Notes under the pieces: generated by a model
Told to the model about the DNA's origin: nothing
Seen by the model: the letters and a program-made list of their open reading frames with translations, nothing else
The model's database searches: none
From: Octopus sinensis
Taxonomy: Eukaryota
Assembly: GCF_006345805.1 (NCBI RefSeq)
Contig: NC_043000.1
Location: 127,596,001-127,660,000 of the forward strand
Length of the DNA stretch: 64,000 bases
Direction: 5' to 3'
Program-made: the position numbers and the translations under genes
Part shown: in pieces, positions 12,374 to 25,353 of the stretch
Layout: every line of letters starts with the position of its first letter
How positions within the stretch are numbered: position 1 is the stretch's first letter

Positions 12374-13086
12374 AGGCGTAGGAGTGGCTGTGTGGTAAGT
12401 AGCTTGCTTACCAACCATATGGTTCTGGGTTCAGTCCCACTGTGCAGCACCATGGGCAAGTGTCTTCTACTATAGCCTCAGGCCGACCAAAGCCTTGTGA
12501 GTGGATTTGGCAGATGGAAACTGAAAGAAGCCTGTCGTATATATGTATATCATCATCATCATCACCATCATTTAACGTCCGCTTTCCATGCTAGCATGGG
12601 TTGGACGGTTCAACCGAAGGCTGCACCAGGCCAGTCAGATCTGGCAGTGTTTCTACAGCTGGATGCCCTTCCTAATGCCAACTCCGAGAGTGTAGTGGGT
12701 GATTTTATGTGCCACCGACACAGGTGCCAGACGAGGCTGGCGAACGGCCACGCTTGAATGGTGTTTTTTTTTTTTTATGTGCCACCGACACAGGTGCCAG
12801 ACGAGGCTGGCAGACGGCCACGCTCGGATGGTGTTTTTATGTGCCACCGACACAGGTGCCAGATGAGGCTGGCGAACAGCCACGATCGGATGGTGTTTGT
12901 TACGTGCCCACAGCACGGAGGCCAGTCGATGGGGTACTGGCTACGGCCACGTTCGGATGGTTTTCTTGTATGCCACCGGCACTGGTACCACAAAGATACA
13001 AATTCCATTGATGTTCATCTATTTTGATTTGTTTTGATTTTCACTTGCCTCAACAGGTCTTCACAAGATGTTCATCTATTTTGATT

Positions 13087-13141
<55 letters not shown>

Positions 13142-13366
13142 GTGTGTGTGTATATATTTGTGTTTGTATTTGTCCCCCCAACATCACTTGACAACTGATG
13201 CTGGTGTGTTTACGTCCCCGTAACTTAGCGATTCAGCAATAGAGACCGATAGAATAAGTACTAGGCTTACAAAGAATAAGTCCTGGTGTCGATTTGCTTG
13301 ACTAAAAGGCAGTGCTCCAGCATGGCCACAGTCAAATGACTGAAACAAGTAAAAGAGTAAAAGAGT
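12374..13366 (+). mobile_element. tRNA-derived SINE, family A (head + microsatellite + tail), interrupted by family C insertion
   Basis: A-box tggctgtgtggta, B-box gggttcagtccc, tail ending aagtaaaagagtaaaagag. Confidence 0.85.
12549..13090 (-). mobile_element. RTE 3' UTR (family C) with ~62-nt tandem units
   Basis: (cat)n tail; repeated tgtgccaccgacacaggtgccagacgaggctggc units. Confidence 0.8.
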
Positions 13367-13703
13367 ATATATTTGTGTATGTATATACAGCAGGCTTCTA
13401 TCAGTACCTGTCTACCAGATCCATTCACAAACCTTTGGTAGGCCTGAGGCTATAACAGACACTTGCCCAAACTAACTTTTTACCGCATAGCCATACCTAT
13501 GCATAGAAGATTCTTTTATAAAACAATCTCAGGTGTGTTGGTATGAAAAGAGTTAAACTAATATTGTATGCAGTATATTTTATCATGACTTTCATTTCTA
13601 CAGACCACTTCAAATCATAATTTTGGCTAATAATGCAGTATCAATCTAAAGAGGACCTACAAGGATATAGTCCTGACTGTCTGCTGTTATTCCAGTGTTT
13701 GTA

Positions 13704-14030
13704 AAGATGTGCGGCTTAGTGGTTAGGGTATTCAGCTCAAGATCATAAGGTCGTGAGTTCAATACCCAGCAGTGAATTGTGTCCTTGAGCAAGACACTTT
13801 ATTTTATGTTGTTCCAGTCCACTCAGCTGGCAAAAATGAGTAGTACCTGTATTTCAAAGGCCCAGCCTTGTCACACGCTGTGTCATGTTGAATCTCCCTG
13901 AGAACTACATTAAGGGTATGGATGTCTGTGGAGAGCTCAGCCACTTGCAAGTTAATTTGACAAGTAGGCTGTCCTGTTCCATGAGATCAAATGGAACTCT
14001 CGTCATTGTAATTAACAGAATGCCAGTTAG
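13704..14030 (+). mobile_element. SINE family D
   Basis: ggcttagtggttaggg A-box, gagttcaatacc B-box, gtgtccttgagcaagacact body. Confidence 0.8.
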
Positions 14031-14136
14031 TCTAGTGTTTAAATTGGTCAGGTTATGATAATTACATCATCAATGCCTTGGTAATTAATATTCCAATTAA
14101 ACTGTTTCAGTGTTAATGATAGGAATGATATCCAGC

Positions 14137-14277
14137 CACTAGTGTAGCTAGAGTGTGTGCCGCCTCGGGGCGACCCTTCCGTTTGCTGCCCCCCGGACAC
14201 CACAAAAAACCACATATTGCCTACAGAAGACTCAAAAGTGCCACCTGGGGCGGACCCCGCCCCCAGCTAAACCAATG
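14137..14277. mobile_element. GC-rich MITE
   Basis: Imperfect TIR cactagtgtagct / agctaaaccaatg; near-TSD tatccagc / catccaac. Confidence 0.55.
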
Positions 14278-14586
14278 CATCCAACTGTAAAACAATGCTC
14301 CAATAATATTTTCATCTGACCCATACTGGCAAAGAAATGCAGACGTAAAAACAAACAAACATTCCATCAACTAAATTCCACTCTACTCAACAAAGCATTG
14401 ATCAACCAAACACTACAAAAGTCAACACATACCCAAAGTGTTCGTGCCTATCATAAAATCATTAGTTAAGTAAATAAAGTGAGACCACAGTTCACTAAGA
14501 GAATAACTTCTACTCTACATCACACACACAGTCCCTTTTAGAAACTAGTAACCCTTCACACAGGAAGACAGGAAACACAACACTAC

Positions 14587-14870
14587 CTGGGAGAGCACTT
14601 AACGTCGCTGATAATGACTTGAAGCATTGATTGCTCGACTCTATTACATTCCTCTAAGCTCACCGATTCAGATTATTCTCTGTCGCCGATATTCTTTCAG
14701 TCCACTCATGATAACTTTTGCTCTCAGAAGACAGCAATTTATTTTCTAGTCTAGGTTTATACGAAGAGAGAAGTAGATAAGTTTCAGATTTATAGCATGG
14801 TTGGTTCGCAATAAATGTTATGTCTATGAACAGACTGTATGAAGTATTGAACAATGTGGTATAATTCTTC
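14587..14870 (-). promoter_or_regulatory. candidate non-coding (alternative first) exon / promoter
   Basis: Non-repetitive, locally CpG-retaining; donor CAG|GTAGTG at 14586. Confidence 0.3.
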
Positions 14871-15173
14871 TATGAATGTGTGCATGTGTGTGTGTTTGTG
14901 TGTGTGTGTGTGCGTGCGTGTGTGTGTGTATGCGTGTGTGTGGTGTGTGTGTGAATGTGAGTGTGTGCGTGTGTGTGAGTGCGTGAGCGCATGTGTGAGT
15001 GTGTATGTATGAGTGTGTGTGTGTGTGCTGTAAAGCCCTAAGTCAGTATTAATTATCAAAGGCATGCCAGTCATAACAAATTCCATCTTTTTCTTCTTTT
15101 TTTTCACAGACATGGTGTACTGCTGACTATATTATCTATTGTGCCACTTATCTATCTGACCATAAAGAAACTA

Positions 15174-15908
15174 CAGTAATACCTCGCCTTACGAGGACTC
15201 GCTTTACAAGACCCCGGGTTTACGAATTTTATTTTTCAGTTCACTTCTCTACGGTGAGCTGAAATTTTTCAAGCACAAGATCCAAATTTTGAACAAAGTG
15301 CAAAAGTTTCTTCCAGGCAAACAAATCTTTTCTTGCTTTTAAAAAGAAACTACAAGTCCGTCTACGAGCGCTTGTGAATTAGCGATCGCGTCTACAAGTG
15401 AAGGTGTGTGCGAGTCTAGTGTAAGTGAAAGTGGTTCATAAAATGATTATTATAATACCAGTATACGAAGTTAGAAAGTGTTTAGTTACAAAAATTATTT
15501 TCTAAATCTGCCGGTCAAAAGGTAAAGATCCATATTTTTTATTATAAATGATCTTGACATTCTTTTTCCTTTACATGAAATATTCTTTACATACTACTGT
15601 TGTTTTCTTGACATTTATTTCCAAGAAATATAAATTTTATAGGTAAAGCGGTTCGGCACAAGAGACCGATAGAATAAGTACTAGGCTTACAAAAAATAAG
15701 TCCTGGGGTCAATTTGCTTGACTAAAGGTGGTGCTCCAGCATGGCCACAGTCAAATGACTGAAACAAGTAAATAAGAGTAAAATATTTTTCTGGAAACGA
15801 ATTACAATTTATAACTTTGCTACTATGGAAATTAGTGCTCTGCTTTACGTGTTTTCGCTTTATGAGCGGTCTTTGGGAACAAATTAACTCGTATATCAAG
15901 TCATTACT
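15174..15908. mobile_element. Tigger-like MITE interrupted by a SINE-A tail (15645-15782)
   Basis: ta|cagtaatacctcgccttacga at the left end; degenerate complement tcgtatatcaagtcattact at the right end. Confidence 0.6.
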
Positions 15909-16741
15909 TTCCTTGCATGGAAAAGCAGACATAAAAACAATGATGATAATAATATTATACACACACACACACGTTATATACATACACTCACAAATATGCA
16001 AGACTTCTCTCAGGTTACAAAACATGAAATTGCTTTTGTTATCTACATACCAATGGAGTTTTGTATCTTCGTTAGAAATGAGCTCCTCCTTTACAGGAAG
16101 ATTTCAAACAATTAAAAATAGAAGACAAAACACGCACACATACACACACTCACACATGTTGAGCCTTCAATTTACACAAGTATATGCAATACAAAGGACC
16201 GTCTTGATTGAGCCAACCCATTCTTTTAGCAGATACATTGTACTCCTGACTGCATTATTCAATATGTTATTTATTAAGAGGGCATGATGTGTTTTTGAGT
16301 AACATTTACTTTTTATTTCTAGCAGTACAAATAACCCCCACAGAGACTTCCTCATTGGCTCATAATGAGTACACACATACATCTGTAGATATGAGCCAGC
16401 GTTGCTTTAGTTGTTGTGCAGTCCTAGCTTTTCCCTGATCAAACAGACTTGTGATCAAACCCATTCCAGCCATGATCATCCCATCATTTATTCTCAGCAG
16501 ACAAATAAGATGAAACCATTTTGCAATGTGCTAGCATAACAGCCTGAATTACAAAATCTTAATCCCAAAAGTAACAAAGTACATATTAATAATTCAGATT
16601 CAGCAGAAAAAATTAGGTTAAAACTGTTACCTAGGTAACCTAATGAATGGTAGTAGATGGAATTAATGTTAGCAGAATATTAGCAATTTTCAGATTCTCT
16701 TGGTTTTTAAGGATGCATGTGTATGTGTACATATATATATA

Positions 16742-17051
16742 TTCTTTTATTCTTTTACATGTTTCAGTGATTTGACTGAGGCCTTGCTGGAGCACTGCCC
16801 TTAGTCAAACAAATCAACCCCAGGACTTATTCTTTGTAAGCCTAGTACTTATTCTATTGGTCTCTTACACAAAACTGCTAAGTTACAGGGATGTAAGAGT
16901 GATTGGCATTAGGAAGAGCACCAGCCATAGAAAACCAGGCCAAATCAGACTGGAGCCTGGTGCAGCCTTCCAGCTTACCAACCCTGGTCAAACCGTCCAA
17001 CCCATGCCAGCATGGACAACGAACATTAAACAATGATGATGATGATGATGA
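16742..17051. mobile_element. SINE-A tail (minus) joined to a family C RTE tail (plus)
   Basis: Matches consensus of other copies. Confidence 0.75.
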
Positions 17052-17084
17052 TATATATATATATATATATATTCCTGGTGGCAA

Positions 17085-17320
17085 GTTGTGTCCTTGAGCA
17101 AGACACTTTACTTCACATTACTCCATTCAACTCGGTCAATTGACAAAAATGAGTTGTCAAATTGTAAGTCAAAGAGCCAGCCTTGTCACATTCTGTGTCA
17201 TGCAAAATCTCTCTGTGAACTACATTAAAGGTACGTGTGTTTGTGGAGTGTTCAGCCACTTGCAGAAGTAGGTTGGTCTGTTGATCAAATCAACTGGAAC
17301 CATTGTCACTGTAACTGTGC
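17085..17320 (+). mobile_element. SINE family D, 5' truncated
   Basis: gtgtccttgagcaagacacttta...gccagccttgtcacattctgtgtc. Confidence 0.75.
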
Positions 17321-17756
17321 TGGTTTTACATGCAGACAGACAGACAGGCAGGCAGACAGACAAGCAGGCAGACAGACAGGAATAAATGTTAAGCAGAAGA
17401 AATGAGAGCATTGTTCCTTATTTTATTTACATGCATGTACAGAAGGTATTGAAATTTTCCATGGAAATGGAAAAATAAAATAAAATATTTATGCAATTAT
17501 ATTTAAGAATTCTTAAATAAACATTAAAGATGCCTTCATTTCTTCTGACTAACCTTATTAATATTGGTTTTAGATTTTGGCACAAGGCCAGCAATTCTGG
17601 GGGAAGAGGGTAAGATGATTACATCGACCCCTATGTTCAAGTGGTACTTATTTTATTAACCCTGAAAGAATGAAAGATAAAGGCAACCTTGATGGAATTT
17701 GAATTCAAAATCTAAAGACGGATGAAACTAAGTATTCCACCTGCCAGCTCACCACC

Positions 17757-18026
17757 TTTGGTAGACAGAAACTGAAAGAAGCCCGTCGTATATATGTGTG
17801 TGTGTGTGTGTGTATGTGTGTGTGTTTGTGTCTGTGTTTGTCCCCCCAACATCGCTTGACAACCAATGCCGGTGTGTTTACGTCACCGTAACTTAGCAGT
17901 TCAGCAAAAGAGACCGATAGAATAAGTACTAAGCTTACAAAGAATAAGTCCTGGGGTCGATTTGCTCAACTAAAGGTGGTGCTCCAGCATGGTCACAGTC
18001 AAATGACTGAAACAAGTAAAAGAGAG
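17757..18026 (+). mobile_element. SINE-A, 5' truncated (preceded by SINE-B minus 17570-17755)
   Basis: Consensus match. Confidence 0.85.
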
Positions 18027-19083
18027 TATCTGAAACTAGTTCACTTCAATTGAATCAATTTCAGTGAAGATAATGTGTGAGTGTGTATGCATGCGAGCAT
18101 TCGTGTGTGTGTGTATGTGTGTATCTACACATTTATATACATACATATAACACACACATACTCAGATAGATTGAGAAACTGGATTCACAATCTAGATAAA
18201 CAAAATCCTCCATATAAACAGATTAAAATGAAAGTCTTTTCCTAATTTTGCAGTTAATCAAGAGATTCCAATTTCTGCACCATTTTCTGTTGGTGCCAAA
18301 CAGGAATGATGTCACCTATGATAGTTTGTTTATTTGGTGACAGAACAAAACAAATTCTTAAGCTCTCACCACTATTTTTGCATCAGACTAGTTTCCACCA
18401 TTACCATTTTCTATTTCCAGTTTTAATTAATTAAAGATTCTGCTACATCAAACCATTTCAAAAAAAGAAAAAATGTCTCCCTTGCCTTTGTTTGGCTGAT
18501 TTAAACATTGTTCAACAATGTTTACCATTCTATGATATGAATAAACTCTGGATTAATTGAATAAAATTTGTACTCTCCATGTTAAAGTGTGTTCTATACT
18601 ATCTTTAAGTTACTGCCATTCATGACAGAACCATCATAAATTGGGACAACGTATCCATCGGAAACTGAAAGAAGCCCATCATATACATGTTTGTTTGTGT
18701 GTGTGTGTGTGTATGTCTGTGTTTGTCCTCCATCACCCCTGGTGTGTTTACATCCTCACAACTTAGTTGTTCAGCAAAAGAGACTGGCAGAATAAGTACT
18801 GGGCTTAAAATAATTACCGGTGTCGATTCATTCAAATAAAAACCTTCCAGGCGGTGCTCCAGTATGGCCACAGTCTAAAAACTGAAACAAGTAAAAGACA
18901 AAGGACAACAGACATACTCTGAAGTTATTTTACAAACAGTTGACTTGTCCTTTTGCCCCCAGCCAGTGCTCCGTTTGCCTTGGCATGGGTCAAATATGCC
19001 ATATTTGTATTCTTGTATTCCTTTCCTGGTTTCAGTCATTAGACTACAGCCATGCTGGAGCATCGTCATCAAGAGCTTTAACC

Positions 19084-19490
19084 ATAGGAGTGGCTGTGTG
19101 GTAAGTAGCTTGCTTACCAACCACATGGTTCTGGGTTCAGTCCCACTGTGTGGCACCTTGGGCAAGTGTCTTCTACTATAGCCTCGGGCTGACCAAAGCC
19201 TTGTGAGTGGATTTGGTAGACAGAAACTGAAAGAAGTCCATCATATGTATCTATATATATATGTGTGTGTGTGTTTGTATATGTTTGTGTGTCTGTTTGT
19301 CCTCCCAACATCGCTTGACAACTGATGCTGGTCTGTTTACATCCCCGTAACTTAGTGGTTCGGCAAAAGAGACCGATAGAATAAGTACTAGGCTTACAAA
19401 GAATAAGTCCTGGGGTCGTTTCATTCGACTAAAGGTGATGCTCTAGCATGGCCACAGTCAAATGACTGAAACAAGTAAAAGATTAAAAGA
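19084..19490 (+). mobile_element. SINE-A, full length
   Basis: Head, microsatellite and tail all present; many CpG-to-TpG/CpA changes. Confidence 0.9.
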
Positions 19491-19491
19491 G

Positions 19492-19712
19492 TTTAGCATT
19501 CAAATTACTTGGTCAAATATAATGCTTATTCATTTACATTGTTTTGAATTAACCATACATTATCTCATAGCTTTGAAATTTCAATGATATAATGGTTTAA
19601 TTTTAGAATGACATTGTAGGGTAGGTGTGACAGGTTGAATTAGGCTGGTTAGAAGATAAAACAGGTAAAATATCTGGGCCAAATATGGTCAGTTTAAATG
19701 CTAAAGGGTTAA
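19492..19712. mobile_element. piggyBac-type MITE (family 2), left end truncated
   Basis: Ends aaatgctaaagggTTAA; homologous pieces at 40283-40350, 40815-40865, 41901-42005. Confidence 0.65.
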
Positions 19713-20079
19713 TTAATTATATTCACTAAATACTAAGCTCAAATCATTTTTTTTACTTTATACATGTTGAAAAATATCATTATGAATTTTTGGACAAGAA
19801 AGATAACTCATGTCTAACTAAATGCCACAATGCATTTTGTTTGATGCACAGGTTTTTGTTCATCCCATGTACATACATGCATGCAACCACATACATGCGC
19901 GCGAGCACATGTGATGCTCCTTTGATAAACTGGCTTCCAGCATCCACTATCAGCCTGGGGCTGTTGAGAGACATTTAAGAGAATATTTATTATCTTCTTT
20001 CCCTTCTTTACCATCACCTTCTATCATCATCTCTATTTCTTTGCAATTAACAACACCAAACAAAAGATAAAAAAAAAAA

Positions 20080-20560
20080 CTACCATCGCCATCATCTCTG
20101 TGATGACCAACATCAACATCTTAATCATTGCCATCATCACCATCATCATCATCATCATCCCAACTATGCCAACCACTTCCATAGTGCAATCATCATATCA
20201 TCATCATCACAGCCACCACCATTACCACCACCATCATCATAATCATCTTCTTCTTCCCCATATTAACTAGTATTACAACTGCGCCAACCACCACCCTCTT
20301 TATTACCTGCTACCACCACTCTTTTCATCACCTACAACCTCCACCACTACTGCCACATTAGTGCCATTATAACCATCAACATCATCGCTCTGTCAAAACC
20401 ATCATCATCACCAACAGCTCCACCTCCATCTTCACTGCTACCCACTAACCACTAATACTGATGCCACAACCACCAGATTTCATATCATCCTCATCAATAT
20501 GGTTGCTATCATCACCATTACCATCACCACCAAAACTACCATCCATACTGCCATATACCC
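20080..20560. repeat. degenerate (CAT/CAC)n trinucleotide low-complexity region
   Basis: Direct reading. Confidence 0.85.
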
Positions 20561-20666
20561 ACCAACTCTCTGACTCCTACCATACCCCTAGTGGTATATC
20601 TATCTTTCCACCCCTTTGTGTATATGTTTCTATCAAAATACCTGAAAATAAGGAGCTTTACCTGTA

Positions 20667-21075
20667 GTGGGTAGCGATTTTCTTCACTACTTCAGGGAGT
20701 AACGACCCTGACTGACACGAGTCCCGGGCTCACCTGGCTCCGGCTGACAGTACCTTGTATAGGCCCCTATCCAGGGTTACGGAATGGAGACAACCTTCAA
20801 AGAAATCTGGAGTGGAGCCATGTAGGCGGTTTAGTGTTCAACTCGACACTCTTCCGGCAGCTCCTGCAACCAAGCTGGTGGCAAACGCAATGCTCTGCAC
20901 TCCTTTGGACTACATCAGCAAGGTTGAGAGAGGAATCCTGACGATTGGGCTACCCAGGATTTTCCTACATCTAGCCCAGGCCTGCACGAAACCGGAGAGG
21001 ACATGAAATGTAAAAACCAGACTGGATTAGTTTATGCGCAACTCCATTGTCTCCTGAGACAAAAGGATGCCAACA
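20667..21075 (+). mobile_element. non-autonomous RTE-derived element (RTE 5'UTR/Ceph-domain-like body + RTE 3' tail)
   Basis: GC-rich; motifs ggcagctcctgcaaccaagctggtg and ccattgtctcctgagacaaaaggatgccaacaa resemble recalled AviRTE/Ceph-type sequences; 7-bp TSD acctgta at 20660 and 21076. Confidence 0.55.
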
Positions 21076-21371
21076 ACCTGTATTACTATTTTAGTCCCTG
21101 ACATGCCATCAGGCAAGACATGTATTTTGTCCAACTCATTGTTTTTCCGAAATATAATGCATGTTTGTATGCTTGTATATTTGCAAATAAGAATGTTTCT
21201 GAATGTATCTGGGTATGTGTTTGTACCATTTTATGTATGTCCATATGTATCTATGTGTTGCATGTTTGCATGTATATGTGTGCATGTGTGTGTGTATGTA
21301 TGTATGTATGTATGTATGTATGAATGTATGTATGAATGTATGTATGTATGAATGTATGTATGTGTATGTGT

Positions 21372-21866
21372 ATCATTATCATCATTTAACGTCCGCTTTC
21401 CATGCTAGCATAGGTCGGACAATTTGATTGAGGACTGGCAAACCAGATGGCTGCACCAGGCTCCAATCTGATCTGGCAGAGTTTCTACAGCTGGATGCCC
21501 TTTCTAATGCCAACCACTCCAAGAGTGTGTGGGTGCTTTTATGTGCCACCGGCATGAGGGCCAGTCAGGCGGTACTGGCAACGGCCATGTTCAAATGGTG
21601 TCTTTTACATGCCACCTGCACAGGAGTCAGTCCAGCAGCACTGGCAACGACCTCACTTGAATTTTTTTCACATGCCAGTAAGGCAACGCTGGTAACGATC
21701 ACGCTCAAATGGTGCTTTTTATGCGCCACCGGCACAGAAACCAGTTAGCTGCTCTGATAACAATCACGCTCAGCTGGTGCTCTTAGTGCTCCACTAGCAT
21801 GGATGCCAGTCATCGAATTTGATTTCGGTTTCGATTTCATTTGCCTCAACAGGTCTTCGCAAGCAG
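21372..21866 (-). mobile_element. RTE 3' UTR (family C) with hairpin repeat array
   Basis: Consensus match. Confidence 0.85.
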
Positions 21867-22425
21867 AGTATGTGTGTGTGTGTGTGTATGCCTGAGTGCA
21901 TGCATGTGTGTATGCGTGTATATATGTGTGCATGTACGTTAAATGAGGCAGAAAAGTTTTCCAAAACTACAGTACAATATAAACAAAATAGAAAAAAGTG
22001 AACTCAGACTCAACAGGTGTTGAAAAAACACCAACCAAGCTCTTTAAAAAAAGCATTCTAATACACGGAAAGTTTCCAAAAAATATGAAATATGATAGAT
22101 TAATAAAACAAAAAAAGGGGGATGTAGATCTATGACAGACTCCAACCTCATATGTCTCTCCCTTTTTCTCCCTCTTTTTCTCCCCCTCAGGCCTATCCAA
22201 CAAAAATATCTCTTTTCACTTACTTCATGTTGCCTCATCTCCAAAACCCCACACACAACATCACCTCATTACTTTCTACCTCTACAGAATTGCAACATTA
22301 TAGTATTTTCACAATCTTTCTTATGTTTCTTTAAAAAATTGAACCTCGGATATTCAAACCAAACATATATTGTATTAATTTATCAGTCTAGGAGCTTTTT
22401 CAATATGACAGGTATTACACCCTCA

Positions 22426-24016
22426 TTTTTTGATTAAGTAACATATAAATGGTTTCTAGTGGTGCTTTTCATTTAATCAAGCCCTTCACTTCAGAATGAC
22501 TCAAATAGGTTACATTTACTGGTATAGCCTTTGGGGCTGTAGGAATAAGCAAGCTCCACTTCCTTAGAAGTTCCGGACAGCAGCATGGTAAATGTGAAAT
22601 TTAAACAGAGGAATCAATTAAACAATGATTAATGGTAAAATTCACAAGATATGGGAAGACAGAATTATATCAATGACACTGAAAAGGGTCACCAAGTACC
22701 AAAAGTGAACCTTTGCTAACATCTGTAGAGCTAATGGCAATAGATGTCCTTCAGACATCAAAAGGTTTAGGAAATCCACGCAAGCTCAGCTTGATGATGA
22801 TGAACCTAATAAGTAAATAAACTATACTGCTCTACTCAAATATTTTTCTTAAGCTTTAGTTACTGATATCTACAGCATTATGTTGTTGGTTTTTCCCAGA
22901 TCAACCTTGATCCAGCAGACATACAATCAAACACAAATACACCTATAAAATTTCTATCTTTTGGGAGTATCTTGGACAACATTATCTACACTGTTCTGCA
23001 ATTTCTGAAGACATGGCATGTAAGTTGACAGATTTTGGCTGCTATTTCTAGCATGTTGTGTGATCCTATACACAAACCATTGTTGATTCCTGAGTAGAAT
23101 GTTGATGAGAGATGCAACTACTGGATAGAACAATAAATGAACTGTTAGCATTAGGAAGAGCATCCAGCTGTGGAAAACATGCCAAAGACACTGAAGCATA
23201 ATACAGCCCTTGGGCCCATTATTTCTTTTTAAACCATCCAACCCATGCCAGCATAAAGGTGGTCATTAAATGATGATGATGATGATGGTCGTCATCATCG
23301 TCACCATCATCATCATCATCATTTAACACCCATTTTCCATACTGGTATGGGCTGGACAGTTTGACTGAGAAATGGTAAGCCAGTCTGATTTGGCATGGTC
23401 TCTACAGCTGGATGCCCTTCCTAACTCTAACCACACCAAGAGTGTAATTGGTGCTTTTTGCATGCCACTGTTGATGATGATGATGATAACTTAATCCCCA
23501 ACTTGATAAACTGTAATAACTAAAATGCTGTTCTCTAAAGAACTCTGGTAACGATCACACTCAAATGGTGCCTTTTACGTGCCACCGGCATGGAAGCCAC
23601 TTTGCTGCTCTGGCAACAATCATGCTTGGATGGTGCTCTAGCACAGATGCCAGTCATCAAATTTGATTTCGATTTCACTTGCCTCAACAGGTCTTTGCAA
23701 GCAGAGTGTGTGTGTGTTAGCAAAGGTTCACGTTTGGTACTTGGTGACCCTTTTCAGTGTCATTGATATAATTCCGTCTTCCCATATCTTGTGAGTTTTA
23801 CCATTAATCATTGTTTAATTGATTCCTCTGTTTAAATTTCACATTTGCAAATCTGCTGTTCAAAACTTCTGATGGTAAGGAAGTGGAGCTTGCTTATTCC
23901 TACAGCCTCAAAGGCTATACTAGTACATGTAACCTATTTGAGTTGTTCTGAAGTGAAGGGCTAGATTAAATGAAAAGCACCACCAGAAACCATTTATATG
24001 TTACTTAGTCAAAAAA
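22426..24016. repeat. ~300-bp inverted repeat (22426-22721 / 23715-24016) with ~1 kb spacer
   Basis: Arms are reverse complements over their length with scattered substitutions and one small indel block. Confidence 0.9.
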
Positions 24017-24769
24017 GTAGCCAATGTAGTTTTTGGTATCATATTTACCAGTGCTCAGTCACTTTGAAATGCTGGCTGTCATCAGATCCTTTAAACTGAT
24101 ATAAGACAGTTTTCAAACAGTAATGATAAACAAATGTAAAACACTTGCTGAATAATTTACCAAATTTCAAAACTATAGTCATTAAAAACAAAACCTGAAG
24201 AATTTGACATTTCATTTTCATCCTCAGATATTTAACAAATAAATGTCTACAGTGGAATTATTTCATACAAAATGAAATGCAAGATGTCAGTATTTTCTGC
24301 TTGACAATTCACTATTAATAATATCCATGAGTCAACTGCAGAGCCTCTACATAGACACCTGGCTTGCTAAAAATAGCTGCAAAATACTCTCAACACCTGC
24401 CCACCCAACCACTGCCCTAAGGTAAAGAGAAAGGACATAAACATTGGGTAGCATGGTTTTGGATACACTGTTATCAAAATGCGACAGGGTGGTCATGGCT
24501 GAAATATGTTTTATCATATATCTGCTCAACCAGGGCTGATTTAGGCTATGAGTGGGTGAACAATGAGCTCTTTACATATCACATAAAGGCAAGATATTGA
24601 GATGTGATGTTCATGCATGTCTCCAAGAACTTCACCTGAATAACTGATGACCAAGTAAGGAAGTTTTCTACATCACTGGCTCCCAAACAGTGTGTCGCAA
24701 TCACATCAGTGATTTCTACAAGCTGTAGCTAAGTGCAACATGAAAATAATAAAATTAAACTTACAAGTA

Positions 24770-25178
24770 CAGGTATGGCTGTGTGATTAAGAAGCTTGCT
24801 TTACAACTACATAGTTTCAAGTTCAATCCCACTGCACAGCACTTTGGGTGAATGCCTTCTGCTACAGCCCAGGGTCAATCAATGTTTTGTGAGTTAATTT
24901 GGTAGATGTAAACTCTGTGAAAGCCCTTTGTGTGTGTGTTTGTGCATGCACGTGCGTGCATACATGTGTGCATGTATATCTCCACCATCACTTGACAAAC
25001 CAGTGTTGGCTTTTTTTTTTATGTTCCCATAACTTAGCAGTTCAACAAACGAGACCAATAGAATAAGTACTAGACTTAAAAATAAATACTGGGGTTCAAT
25101 TTGTTTGATAAACCCTTCAAGGCAGTGTTTCAGTATGGTCGCAGTTCATTGACTGAAACAAGTAAATGATAAAAGATA
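24770..25178 (+). mobile_element. SINE-A, older copy
   Basis: Diverged consensus match. Confidence 0.75.
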
Positions 25179-25353
25179 AGCTTTTCTGCTTAATAAACTA
25201 TTAGGTGCCAAGCCACCTAATAGAAGGAATCTGTAGAAGAGTAACACTGAAGAAAGCATGGGCAAAAAAAAGTGATGGCTGATCTCATGAAGGAAATGAC
25301 AGGGGGCCACAATAAATGGTGAAATGCTGGAAGAACACATCATCATCATCATT

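Noticed and set aside
12700-12980. Repeat-spacer-like arrays resembling CRISPR (also 27.4, 29.7, 41.4 kb)
   Set aside because: Eukaryotic context, no cas genes, the spacers are themselves homologous, and the arrays sit in an RTE 3' UTR
15817-16287. 156-aa ORF
   Set aside because: Starts at a non-ATG codon inside a MITE, runs through CA repeats, no recognisable domain
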